From positions 1 to 27,705 of IMG/VR virus record IMGVR_UViG_3300044701_002366: a stretch of 27,705 nt of DNA; one strand, given 5' to 3'. A model generated the notes under the pieces. It ran no database searches. It saw only the letters and a program-made list of their open reading frames with translations, and was not told the DNA's origin. Each line of letters opens with the position of its first letter. The first letter of the stretch is position 1. Both the position numbers and the translations under genes were made by a program. Of this stretch, positions 19,201-27,586 are shown piece by piece. Source of the DNA: a virus. Taxonomy: Duplodnaviria; Caudoviricetes.

Positions 19201-22200
19201 CATCAAAAACCACAGTATCATTAGCATATACATTAACTGGAACACTTCCTTGAGAATTAATTAGTACTCTTTTGGTTACAGTTGAATATCCTACTGTATA
19301 ATTAGTGACTATTCCAGAAATAACACTAACTTTTATATTATCATTAGATGATAATCCATGAGTTTCTCCAGTAGATACTTTTACTTTATTTTGAATTGCT
19401 GTACAAGTAGTAACATTTCTTACTGTCTTTAACTTGTGTAATATACCAGTTCCAACTGATGTATACTGTATTATAGATGCTGCATCATTAATTTTATTCT
19501 TTTCATTAACTAATCCAACTATATCTGAAGATAATTTAATTACAAAAAGATTTGGTATAGACTCAAGATTTCCTAAATTAGTTACTATACTTGATGCATT
19601 TGATTCGTATACTACTTTATCTCCAGTCTTAAACTTGTTATTTGGTAGATATAATCCTCCATATTGAACATATTTTGTTATAGATGTTCCTACTCCTAAT
19701 GGATATATTGCTAAAGTATTTCCAAATCCTACAGAAGTTCCCAATCCAATTGATACTGACTGGACAGGATTAAAATAATATGTTTCATCTAATTGAGTTA
19801 ATGGTTTATCTAATCCTTTATATTCAAATGTAAATCTATTCTGTAAAGGTATAACAGTTGATCCAATTCCATATCCAGGCGATGCTGGTTCTCTTAAAAC
19901 ATTTAATAAGTTATTGGTAAAATCTACACCTACTACCTTAAAAGTTTCGCTTTCAATTTTAAATTGATCATCTATATTATATGAGAATAAAGGTTCTTTA
20001 ACAGATAGACCAGTAATAATTCCAGTAGTAGTTGAATCTGAAAGTGTGCTGGCGATAGAAGTAATAGGATATTCTACATTAATTCTAATTTTTCTAGTAC
20101 CTTCAATTTCAGAATAATCTGTTGTTGAAATCCCAGTAATTGTAATAAAACTTTGATCTGCAAAATTGTGAGGTACTGTAGTTATACCTAAGATTCCAGT
20201 GTTTATACTTAATAGTTTAACATTTGGAAAAGTATTTGTTGAATACTGTATAGTAGTTATACCTACACCTTCAACTTCTACAACTTCTCCATAAGCACCT
20301 ACTCCACCAAGATTGTCAGTATCGAATACTATTTTATCCCCAATCTCATAATTAAGACCAGAATCAATAATCTCTATAGAGTCTACATTTCCAGAAGATG
20401 AGGATGTAATTATTGCATCACTTCCTAAAGAATTGGATTCAAATTTAAAATACTCATAATAATTACTTTTATCTTCTATTCTGTATGGTTTGGTATATTT
20501 TACAATGTTTAATTTATTAAAATTTAAATTTTGATTAAATTTTAAATCAAAATTTTCTTGTTGTGGAGTGTATTCGTAGTTGTTTCCTATAATGTATGGA
20601 AACGCAGGTACATTATTATCATCCAGAGTGCAAAAATAAGCATATATTCCATCTGGATATTCTGGAGTAATGCAAAATCTTCCATTGTTTCTATCTAAAG
20701 TTCCAGAATTTGTAAAAATATAGTCTTCTATGCAATCTAAATTGGAAGGCGGGCTAATCTTTGATCTGGAATATCCACTCTTCATTCTAATTACACTACC
20801 AGTTCCATCAGTATTAGCAAATGCATATGGACCATAAATTGGACACCCATCATAAGCCCATCCAACTATTGGAGAGTGTTTTATTGGAGTATTTGGAATG
20901 TTAAAAGATGATCTAAGATTTTGATCTAAAAAGAAAGTTCCAAAAATGTTTCCAAATAAAGAATATTTTTTTCCAAAAATAGTTCCATTATTTAAATTTG
21001 AAATTCCTAATTTAGTAACTTCATTTATTGTCCAAGAAGTTAAATTAGCAGATACCTTTAAATTTTCTCCTTTAGAAACTACTTGAATAGTTGTATTTGT
21101 AGATGCATATCCAACTCCAGGATTTGCTACAATAACATCTATGATTTGTCCATAACTTACTTGCTCATTATAGATTTCACCATTACTTAATACTGGTTGT
21201 AATACTGCACCATATCCATTTCCAGAAACTTTAAGTTCAAAATTGTTAAAATAATTTTCTCCAGCATTTTTGACTATAACATCAATAATTTTTCCATCTT
21301 CTATTACAGTAGCAAAAGATGCATCCTTTCCTTCTAAAACAGTAATTACAGGACGCTTATGGTAGTTTATTACATTATTAGATCCTAAGAGTTGTTTAGC
21401 AGGTTTGGCAAGACCTTTTTGAACTCTAACAGAAGTAACTGACCCTTCAACTACAGGAATAATTGTAGCACCATATCCAATTACTGCAGATGCAGTTTTT
21501 TTAATTTTTCCAAAAACATTAGCAGTAATTGGAGGATATTGTACAAAATAAGTAGTAGCAAAATCTGTACTAATGATGTTTAATACATTTTTTCCTTCTA
21601 TATCAGTAGTTAACTGGAACCTATCATTGTCTAATTTTAAAATATAATAAATTTGATTTGGTGTTGCTCCATCTAAGTAAGTTCCTTCTGATGTAATTAC
21701 TACTTTATCTCTAGTATTGAATTGGTGATCTATACATGTAAAAATATTATCATATACATTAATATCTTCTGGACCAAAGGATAATTTCTTATATTCAAAA
21801 TTAATATTTTGACCTAAAACATTTACTTTGTCTATTACTTGGATTTTATTCAAAGATTTAAATCTTTGAATGCCGCCACCAGTAGTTCTTATATTAATTA
21901 AATTTCTTTCTGCAATAGCATCTTCTTGATTTAATGCTAATTTAATTGAAGTTCCTGCTCCAATATTTACAGCATAATAAATTGAGTTATTTAATAAAGT
22001 TCCATCTGAAACTATAGACCCAATTCCTATTGGAATAGTATTAAAAGTTTCATATACAATAGGCTCACCAGTTATAAACCCATGGTTTCTTCCAAATCTC
22101 AATTCATTATTTACAGTGTTTACTACAGTATCTCTAGTTGTTGCATTAAATTCAACAAGTTTATCTATGCTCTTCATTTTAACTTGAGCAGATAATTCAT

Positions 22201-24622
22201 CATTGTTTCCGCCAGTTATAGTAACTATTGGAACATCTTCATAGTCATATCCAGGGTTTACTACCACTAGATCTTTTAAAATTCCTTTCATCTGAGGAAT
22301 TAAAAATGTAGTTTGATCTTTCTCGCTGCCATTAAAAATTTCAAAAGATGGTGGATTAATCAAACTATAATTAGTACCACCATTTAAAACATCTACAGTT
22401 TCAATTTGTCCATAATAAATTTTATCATAAGATTTATAATTTTGAATTTCTACTCCATTAACAAAAATTCCAATTGGACCAGCAGCGGTTTCAATTTTGT
22501 TATTAGAAAACTCTAAATCTTTTGGTATTTTTTTAAATAACTTAGAGGATGTGAAATTATTTCCATATAAAGGAGAACTTATAAGAACTATTTCATCTAC
22601 GGTTCCAGATAAATTGCCTACATTATCATACTCAAAGAAATTTACTGATGTTTTGCCTACATTGTCTCTGTTTTCAGTTAATCCTAAAGTATTAGGACTT
22701 AATCTAGTAACATAGTAAGTTATTCCAGTATCAATCCCAACTTTATTAGTATAATTTGTAGAGGTTTTATATGAAACTACCTTTACTGCTTCTCCATCAT
22801 AAAAATTGTGTGCTCCTATTAATGTAGATACATTAATAGTAAAAGAAAACTCTCTAATATATGGATTTAGTTCATAATCAGGAAGTCCATTAGATGTTAT
22901 ATAATAATAATTATCATCTACGTAACAATCTTGAATATTAGAAGTAAATTTATTTTGAATATTGTCATAAAGTTTACTGAATGGAGTTGCCTTTGTTTTT
23001 TTTAAATTTCTTCTAAATAAAACATTTTTTCCTAAAATACTAGTGTTTGATATTTGCTGAACACTAAATTCTTTAGAAAGACTGGTGTTTACTGAAAGTC
23101 CTGATGATATTAAATCATACCCTTCGGCAGACTTAACAAAAAGATTAACAGTATCTCCTAACTTTAAATTGTGGTCATATTTAGATAAAGCTAATCCATT
23201 TACAATAGAAAATCCTTCTTTAAAATAATTTCTTGTTGTATTAGTTATCTGTGTTGTAGCTATTCCAGATGGTATTGTTAATGGATGATTATAGTATAAA
23301 GATTTTGTAAATACAGTAGATACTGTATTTCCTATATTTTCAACCCTGATAGGATCATTATCTAATGCATATAAGGTTTCTGATGATTTTATTCCAGATA
23401 GAACATTATTTACTTTTAATCTAACTTGAGCTGAAATATCTCCATCTTCGTATGAATATACAAAATTAGATCCATAGATCTCAGATCTTCTTCCAATAAC
23501 AGTGGTGGAGGTTATTCCAGTTACACCAATAAATTGATTATTAGTTTTATCTGAATATGTATATTCTTCTCCATTAATATTCAATATTCCACTCTGAGGA
23601 AATCCTACAGTTGAGTCTACAAATATTGTAGTAGAATCAACATCTACATTTTCTACTGCATATGTTTTTGGAGTGGATACAAAAACTCCAGTAATAGATC
23701 CTTTAGGACTTATATTATTAGAATACCCAGCAAATATTTTTATTTTATATAATACTTTGTCATCTAATTTAAATGACTCTACTTCATAGATTGATCCAGT
23801 AGCTTCCAGAACATTTGAATTGTATGGATCACTATCTTGATATAATGTCTGACCTTTTATTTTTAATGGATCTCCAGATATTAAATCGCATACAAAAGTT
23901 TCTGTTACTACCCACTTATCATCAGAAGGAGTAAAGCAAAATTCTCTTGGCTTTATAATCTTTACATCCTGATCATAAAGTACTTTAAATAAAATCTTAA
24001 AAGCTTCGTCTGTTCCTTTGCTCTGATAAAATGATTTTGCTTTTGAAATGAAATTTTGAGGATTAATTTTAGAATTTAATTCTACTTCTTCAAATCCTGG
24101 AGTAAACTGATATTTAATTTTATTGAAAAATTCTACTAAAAATAGATTGCTAAGATTAATTACTGAGTCTCCCTCAGAATGAAAATCTGCCTCAGTCTTT
24201 GAAAATGCAAGTACTTCTGAATTATCTTCACTAGAAAGAGATTCTATACCACTAAACCCTCTAATACACCCTAAAAATGAATTAGTTGTTATGCCAGTAT
24301 AGGTTATGATCTCGTTATTAATTTTAAATAGACCATAAGAATTAGGCCACCCATTAGTAGACTCTACATAAATCTCAGAATCAATAAAACTTACATCTGA
24401 AGTTAAAGTAGTACTTTTTATCAGATTAACTTTATCAAATGATTCTACATTTTTGTAGTCAGTTAAATTTTCAGATAAATCTACAGGACCACCAGTGTAT
24501 TCTTGAGAGATATAATATTGAGTTAAGAATTCCGAAAAGTTTGGATTTTCTTCTGAAATAAATTCGGGAAGTTGATTTCTAACAACATCTGAAATTTTAA
24601 TTACTTTCTTTTCGTTATTCAT
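16268..24622 (-). CDS. gp7: Giant baseplate wedge initiator (gp7-like), modular
   Basis: Follows gp6 with a 1-nt gap. N-terminal VVRNQLPEFI..FLTQYY..FYQSKGTDEAFKILFKVLY and internal DNDYYQKFSYSLKSKIPY..W...V....HVTGYKKF are gp7-type motifs. Many inserted repeats. Confidence 0.78.
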   Translation of the reverse strand: MNNEKKVIKISDVVRNQLPEFISEENPNFSEFLTQYYISQEYTGGPVDLSENLTDYKNVESFDKVNLIKSTTLTSDVSFIDSEIYVESTNGWPNSYGLFKINNEIITYTGITTNSFLGCIRGFSGIESLSSEDNSEVLAFSKTEADFHSEGDSVINLSNLFLVEFFNKIKYQFTPGFEEVELNSKINPQNFISKAKSFYQSKGTDEAFKILFKVLYDQDVKIIKPREFCFTPSDDKWVVTETFVCDLISGDPLKIKGQTLYQDSDPYNSNVLEATGSIYEVESFKLDDKVLYKIKIFAGYSNNISPKGSITGVFVSTPKTYAVENVDVDSTTIFVDSTVGFPQSGILNINGEEYTYSDKTNNQFIGVTGITSTTVIGRRSEIYGSNFVYSYEDGDISAQVRLKVNNVLSGIKSSETLYALDNDPIRVENIGNTVSTVFTKSLYYNHPLTIPSGIATTQITNTTRNYFKEGFSIVNGLALSKYDHNLKLGDTVNLFVKSAEGYDLISSGLSVNTSLSKEFSVQQISNTSILGKNVLFRRNLKKTKATPFSKLYDNIQNKFTSNIQDCYVDDNYYYITSNGLPDYELNPYIREFSFTINVSTLIGAHNFYDGEAVKVVSYKTSTNYTNKVGIDTGITYYVTRLSPNTLGLTENRDNVGKTSVNFFEYDNVGNLSGTVDEIVLISSPLYGNNFTSSKLFKKIPKDLEFSNNKIETAAGPIGIFVNGVEIQNYKSYDKIYYGQIETVDVLNGGTNYSLINPPSFEIFNGSEKDQTTFLIPQMKGILKDLVVVNPGYDYEDVPIVTITGGNNDELSAQVKMKSIDKLVEFNATTRDTVVNTVNNELRFGRNHGFITGEPIVYETFNTIPIGIGSIVSDGTLLNNSIYYAVNIGAGTSIKLALNQEDAIAERNLINIRTTGGGIQRFKSLNKIQVIDKVNVLGQNINFEYKKLSFGPEDINVYDNIFTCIDHQFNTRDKVVITSEGTYLDGATPNQIYYILKLDNDRFQLTTDIEGKNVLNIISTDFATTYFVQYPPITANVFGKIKKTASAVIGYGATIIPVVEGSVTSVRVQKGLAKPAKQLLGSNNVINYHKRPVITVLEGKDASFATVIEDGKIIDVIVKNAGENYFNNFELKVSGNGYGAVLQPVLSNGEIYNEQVSYGQIIDVIVANPGVGYASTNTTIQVVSKGENLKVSANLTSWTINEVTKLGISNLNNGTIFGKKYSLFGNIFGTFFLDQNLRSSFNIPNTPIKHSPIVGWAYDGCPIYGPYAFANTDGTGSVIRMKSGYSRSKISPPSNLDCIEDYIFTNSGTLDRNNGRFCITPEYPDGIYAYFCTLDDNNVPAFPYIIGNNYEYTPQQENFDLKFNQNLNFNKLNIVKYTKPYRIEDKSNYYEYFKFESNSLGSDAIITSSSSGNVDSIEIIDSGLNYEIGDKIVFDTDNLGGVGAYGEVVEVEGVGITTIQYSTNTFPNVKLLSINTGILGITTVPHNFADQSFITITGISTTDYSEIEGTRKIRINVEYPITSIASTLSDSTTTGIITGLSVKEPLFSYNIDDQFKIESETFKVVGVDFTNNLLNVLREPASPGYGIGSTVIPLQNRFTFEYKGLDKPLTQLDETYYFNPVQSVSIGLGTSVGFGNTLAIYPLGVGTSITKYVQYGGLYLPNNKFKTGDKVVYESNASSIVTNLGNLESIPNLFVIKLSSDIVGLVNEKNKINDAASIIQYTSVGTGILHKLKTVRNVTTCTAIQNKVKVSTGETHGLSSNDNIKVSVISGIVTNYTVGYSTVTKRVLINSQGSVPVNVYANDTVVFDVSSLSLSGKEFGIYTNNSFNNEYFGNEENGLEVIKTASELRLNISEFTPKILYYNLKNITSDDEIYPDISLKDYNKIIVNNSLFNTDSSVITTTDYTFEYDVAIQPERQKYTNTLSTLKYNVKSPNIKGPIAKVKVLFNGSNYKKLPLIKQIITKEGSGANLFAFSNTIGKLKNAKVTNTQSIFPSDTTLRPVSNVFSTIKLTNNYEVIDCIVTSPGSKYLTAPTLKLYNRTEDLIKEEFTAIAVLKNTSINEVKILNSGSNLKSTDDEILVLDNSNGIRILSASVAGIDPYQVTLTLETPLVGFTTESPLPIEVGDEILVENIVSTSGVGFNSKDFKYVPFKVVFVDQAFNSQDAALVRYEVNEFPGIFNEDLTFNASVIKYSDVTKITPILEESQFYNSEFLTDEVEIIDNPDNDKITRILKLHKSAGLSVGDSVTGVSSKSKGTISDISDFPALFTIDSSVPETIGWKDFRGNLSSILQKLPDNDYYQKFSYSLKSKIPYTDWNSIVSDVSHVTGYKKFADLSIESNQIVGIGSTNNDLRVKSDFTSSVNVVLTSYSQVNTISNFDLVVEEDIDESGGAYSEFIKFRTRKLSDYILSTQNRVLPIDDISTLFDTDNAPFVEVIVDEVDTTENIVLKYFFFVGTTASFFGEFVKPQVLDLFVTRNNDTINLSSYAYYYDFFTSSGAAALPLGNIQGALSPTNGDEIIINFIPRNIFNSYAIRAVKETANVSVGIATTSFGYIKNVESTGIYTSTPSPSTSVFYSIPLSNCVAGSVFLGISSAPKKVENAFEISFVKNQNNIIDYNIFAEQKYKELGVFGITTSAGNVQFTFTPPIGIGVTLFTNFNFITNTYDVPNEISKELSRVRSNQVIYTGVSPVSISTVSSAYAATKYIIEATKTVGLSTQKSLIQINSLHFQGYTNNTTYGIIGDFPQDELDFETILNPSTSEYVLTFNPTVSATYRFRYLEKSVLNPNT

Positions 24623-24623
24623 C

Positions 24624-26504
24624 TTATACTCTTATTATGTTTCTTGTTGAAAAACTTTGCTCTGGTGTAAACACACTTCCAGAGGCATTTTCCCCAGAAG
24701 CTATTAGATCTTTAACTAAATTTATTTTACTTTTTCCAATATCAAGTTTCAAATATATAGATTTCTTTGCAATGATATCATTAGATAATGGAGTTGCCTC
24801 AATTTCTATAATGTTATTTGGCAAGACAGTAGAAGATACATTTATATTATCTATATTAATTTCTCCAGTGATATAATTAACTCTTCCTACATTTTGCTGT
24901 CTGGTGATTAATTCATCACCTTCTAATGAAAATAAGAAAAGAGTGCCCTCTGAGAAATTTTTAACTGCATCTCCAAGATATACTATAGAGTCTATACCAT
25001 TAACTCTAAACCCAGTGCTTCTTATATTATTTTGTCTTGGCCAAACTGCAAATGAATTTTCAAAACATACTTTATATTGAGTGGGTCTATCTATAATTAC
25101 TCCAACATCTCTTCTAATTTTAACTTTAGTAATGTTGGATGTTATAGCATTGTTGGTAGCATCTATAACCCTTAAGCACTTACTGTATTTAAATCTCCCT
25201 CCAAACTTATTCAGATCAGTAGATTGTGAATACTTTTGCAAAGAGCTAGTTACTTTTGTGTCTAAATCACTAACTGACCCCACAAAATTAGAATTATAAT
25301 ATACAACAGAATCTAATTCTACATGAACTACATTTACATCTACAAAATTAACTTCAATTCCAGCAACTGTATATTTTTTTAATGATTGAATTATACTTTC
25401 TTTAGTACTTTGAGATAAAAATTCTGCATTTTTTGGTTTTGCTGCTACAAAAACTTTACCATAATCTGGTGGATTGTTCTCTTCTCCACCATATGCAGTA
25501 ACTGATTCTATATTTGGGTAAATAGATGGCAGTAATGCCTCATAATCTGATGCAGTTACTGCTCTATATTGAGTAGAATACAATCTAGGAGCATAATATT
25601 TGATAGAATCTATTGATTGAATATCATCTCCATTAGATGCAACCTCATCTGTAATCAAAACCCCAACATTTGGACTAACATCTACTCCAGTATCTGTTAA
25701 AATTACCCCAGAAAAATCAAAACCAGATGCTCCATTTCCAGATTTGCCATTTGTGGTGATGTATGTTGCAGAAATTTGATTATTATTACTTAATTTCTTT
25801 CCAAAAATTCCATCTCCAAAAAATAATTCATATTTTTCATCTGCGATCTCTTGAATTAAAAAGATTTGAGAGTTCTTGTTTATGCCAACAATATTATCTA
25901 CTGCAAGATATTCTTCTGTTGTAGTAGATTGTGAGGTTTCTTTTACTGATACTCTAATTGAAGATGTGTCTATGTAAGGGTTTGGAAGAATGTATTTTTG
26001 ATTTGGTTGAGAATTATCTACAATAAATGTTTTTGAAAGTAAAGTTCCCTCATAAATTTCAATCTGAGAGAATACAGCTTCATTATTTGAAATTCCTACA
26101 GTAATATCTTCTGGGACTGAAAAAATATAACTTGTATTGTCTAAGCTACCAGTACAGACAATTCCCTTTTTTAAGGTTACTGTTTTGTAATTTACATTCA
26201 ATCCAGAAACACTAAAGGATATTTTTGCTCTTGCTGATCTTCTTGATAGTGGAACATACCCAATATTTCTAACTAGTGATACAACATTCTCTCTAATGGT
26301 GGCACTGTCAAGGAAAGACTCATTGACAACCATATTTGTGTTGTAGGCAGTCAAATAAGTATTGTAGGCAAGAACATCAATTAATACTGAGAAATTAGAT
26401 CCCTCAAAATCAAAGTCAGTAAATGTAGAATTTGCTCTTAGGTAATCCTTAATTGATGTTCTTACCTGATCAAAGTCCAGGTTTGTGAATTGAGTGAATG
26501 TCAT
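24624..26504 (-). CDS. gp6: Baseplate wedge subunit gp6
   Basis: LDFDQVRTSIKDYL..FTDFDFEGSNFSVLIDVLAYNT..NESFLDSATIRENVVSL..IGYVP, YELFFGDG, QYRAVTASDY. Confidence 0.95.
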   Translation of the reverse strand: MTFTQFTNLDFDQVRTSIKDYLRANSTFTDFDFEGSNFSVLIDVLAYNTYLTAYNTNMVVNESFLDSATIRENVVSLVRNIGYVPLSRRSARAKISFSVSGLNVNYKTVTLKKGIVCTGSLDNTSYIFSVPEDITVGISNNEAVFSQIEIYEGTLLSKTFIVDNSQPNQKYILPNPYIDTSSIRVSVKETSQSTTTEEYLAVDNIVGINKNSQIFLIQEIADEKYELFFGDGIFGKKLSNNNQISATYITTNGKSGNGASGFDFSGVILTDTGVDVSPNVGVLITDEVASNGDDIQSIDSIKYYAPRLYSTQYRAVTASDYEALLPSIYPNIESVTAYGGEENNPPDYGKVFVAAKPKNAEFLSQSTKESIIQSLKKYTVAGIEVNFVDVNVVHVELDSVVYYNSNFVGSVSDLDTKVTSSLQKYSQSTDLNKFGGRFKYSKCLRVIDATNNAITSNITKVKIRRDVGVIIDRPTQYKVCFENSFAVWPRQNNIRSTGFRVNGIDSIVYLGDAVKNFSEGTLFLFSLEGDELITRQQNVGRVNYITGEINIDNINVSSTVLPNNIIEIEATPLSNDIIAKKSIYLKLDIGKSKINLVKDLIASGENASGSVFTPEQSFSTRNIIRV

Positions 26505-26908
26505 TAGTATCTTGTAGGTTGTAATATGAAGCTAATATTCTGGGTTGGTAAACTTAAACCAATGATGTCATAGACTATTACAACATTCAACTCATTTTCA
26601 TCGAAATATAATTCAACATCAACTCTTCTTAATGAAACTCTTGGTTCAAAATTTCTTATGACATTTTTTATTTCATCTTGTAATGGTGTTATTATCCCAC
26701 TATCAGCCATCTCAAAGTAATAATTTTCTACATTAGAACCTAATAGAGAATTAAAAAACCTTTCTCCAACCTTAGTTCTGACTAAGTTAATGACTGATTT
26801 TTTAATGGCATCCTCATTTTTTAATGATATAACATCATTAGTAACAGGATGCCTGTTAAAAGACAAACTAATATCTTTAAATCCTCTGGAAATAGATTCT
26901 AAAGGCAC
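26504..26908 (-). CDS. gp25: Baseplate wedge subunit gp25 (sheath initiator)
   Basis: FKDISLSF..HPVTND....NEDAIKKSVINLVRT..GERFF, NFEPRV. GTG start; stop overlaps the gp6 ATG (TAATG). Confidence 0.93.
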   Translation of the reverse strand: MPLESISRGFKDISLSFNRHPVTNDVISLKNEDAIKKSVINLVRTKVGERFFNSLLGSNVENYYFEMADSGIITPLQDEIKNVIRNFEPRVSLRRVDVELYFDENELNVVIVYDIIGLSLPTQNISFILQPTRY

Positions 26909-26913
26909 TTTTT

Positions 26914-26937
26914 TATTTAATATTTATCTTTATTTAT
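26914..26937 (-). promoter_or_regulatory. Triple T4-type late promoter cores upstream of gp25
   Basis: Minus strand reads ATAAATA AAG ATAAATA TTAAATA: three TAAATA cores in 24 nt. Confidence 0.7.
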
Positions 26938-27179
26938 TGGGGTTTACCATATACAGGCTCAGTTCCATACTCCCAATCATCATAATCTTCATCATTTCTG
27001 ATTTTTTCATGAATATCTGCCTGTTCCTTTAAAAAATGCTTACTTTTTGGAATATCATCATGCATAATTTCTTGAATTGTCTTTACATTTGTGGGTTTAG
27101 TGTAATCAGTGACTAATTTTGTAGTCCCCCACATCTGATACATGTAATTTTGATCCCTATCAGTAGGTAAATTTGACAT
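26934..27179 (-). CDS. Hypothetical protein with acidic/aromatic C-terminus
   Basis: 81-aa ORF with SD AGGAG (27189-27185) 5 nt before the ATG. Ends DEDYDDWEYGTEPVYGKPQ. Confidence 0.85.
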   Translation of the reverse strand: MSNLPTDRDQNYMYQMWGTTKLVTDYTKPTNVKTIQEIMHDDIPKSKHFLKEQADIHEKIRNDEDYDDWEYGTEPVYGKPQ

Positions 27180-27184
27180 AGTTG

Positions 27185-27230
27185 CTCCTAATTCTAGTGA
27201 ATTAGAACTTTTTACGGGGTTCCTATCCCG
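27185..27230 (-). promoter_or_regulatory. Candidate cis-regulatory RNA: H-type pseudoknot competing with an SD-sequestering hairpin
   Basis: mRNA CGGG AUA GGAAC CCCG UAAAAA GUUCU AAUUC ACUA GAAUU AGGAG. S1 is CGGG/CCCG and S2 is GGAAC/GUUCU. The alternative 9-bp stem UUCUAAUUC/GAAUUAGGA covers the SD. Confidence 0.55.
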
Positions 27231-27430
27231 AAATCTGCAATTTTGTCTCTATGTAAAGTATAATTTTTTTGTACTCTAATGTCTGAGTTTTTAAAAGTCC
27301 AACAATACCCTCCATTATCTAGGAACACAACCCACTCAAGGTCATGTTCCTGTGATCTATCAATCAAAAAAAATGCCCAGCCTGATCCTTTAGGAGTCAG
27401 AACTGGGATTTGTGGATCAAGTTGAAGCAT
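27212..27430 (-). CDS. Small hypothetical phage protein (beta-rich)
   Basis: 72-aa ORF whose ATG abuts the upstream TAA. MLQLDPQIPVLTPKGSGWAFFLID..EHDLEWVVFLDNGGYCWTF looks like a natural protein. Confidence 0.8.
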   Translation of the reverse strand: MLQLDPQIPVLTPKGSGWAFFLIDRSQEHDLEWVVFLDNGGYCWTFKNSDIRVQKNYTLHRDKIADFGIGTP

Positions 27431-27574
27431 TTATTTGCCTTGTCCTCTATATTTCTTTTTTGCACCATTACGAGAGGTAGAAGACAGCTTAGTATGTTGG
27501 GACATACCTTGACGAGTCTTCTTTGGTTTGCTCTCAATGATGACTTTATTGGTCAGTGAAGGACGCTTTGCCAT
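27431..27574 (-). CDS. Small, highly basic protein (47 aa)
   Basis: Absent from the ORF track (short). MAKRPSLTNKVIIESKPKKTRQGMSQHTKLSSTSRNGAKKKYRGQGK. SD AAGGAG at 27588-27583, 8 nt before the ATG; stop abuts the next ATG. Confidence 0.85.
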   Translation of the reverse strand: MAKRPSLTNKVIIESKPKKTRQGMSQHTKLSSTSRNGAKKKYRGQGK

Positions 27575-27586
27575 AATCTTATCTCC

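Noticed and set aside
10951-22715. + strand ORFs 10951, 14458, 17763, 18198, 19434 and 22497
   Set aside because: Antisense shadows of long structural genes, explained by codon bias; non-ATG starts and no motifs.
24637-27032. + strand ORFs 24637, 25081 and 26790
   Set aside because: Antisense to gp6, gp25 and the 81-aa gene; no independent support.
27204-27230. Rho-independent terminator reading of the GC hairpin
   Set aside because: On the coding strand the stem is followed by an A-run, not a U-run. On the + strand the T-run precedes the stem.
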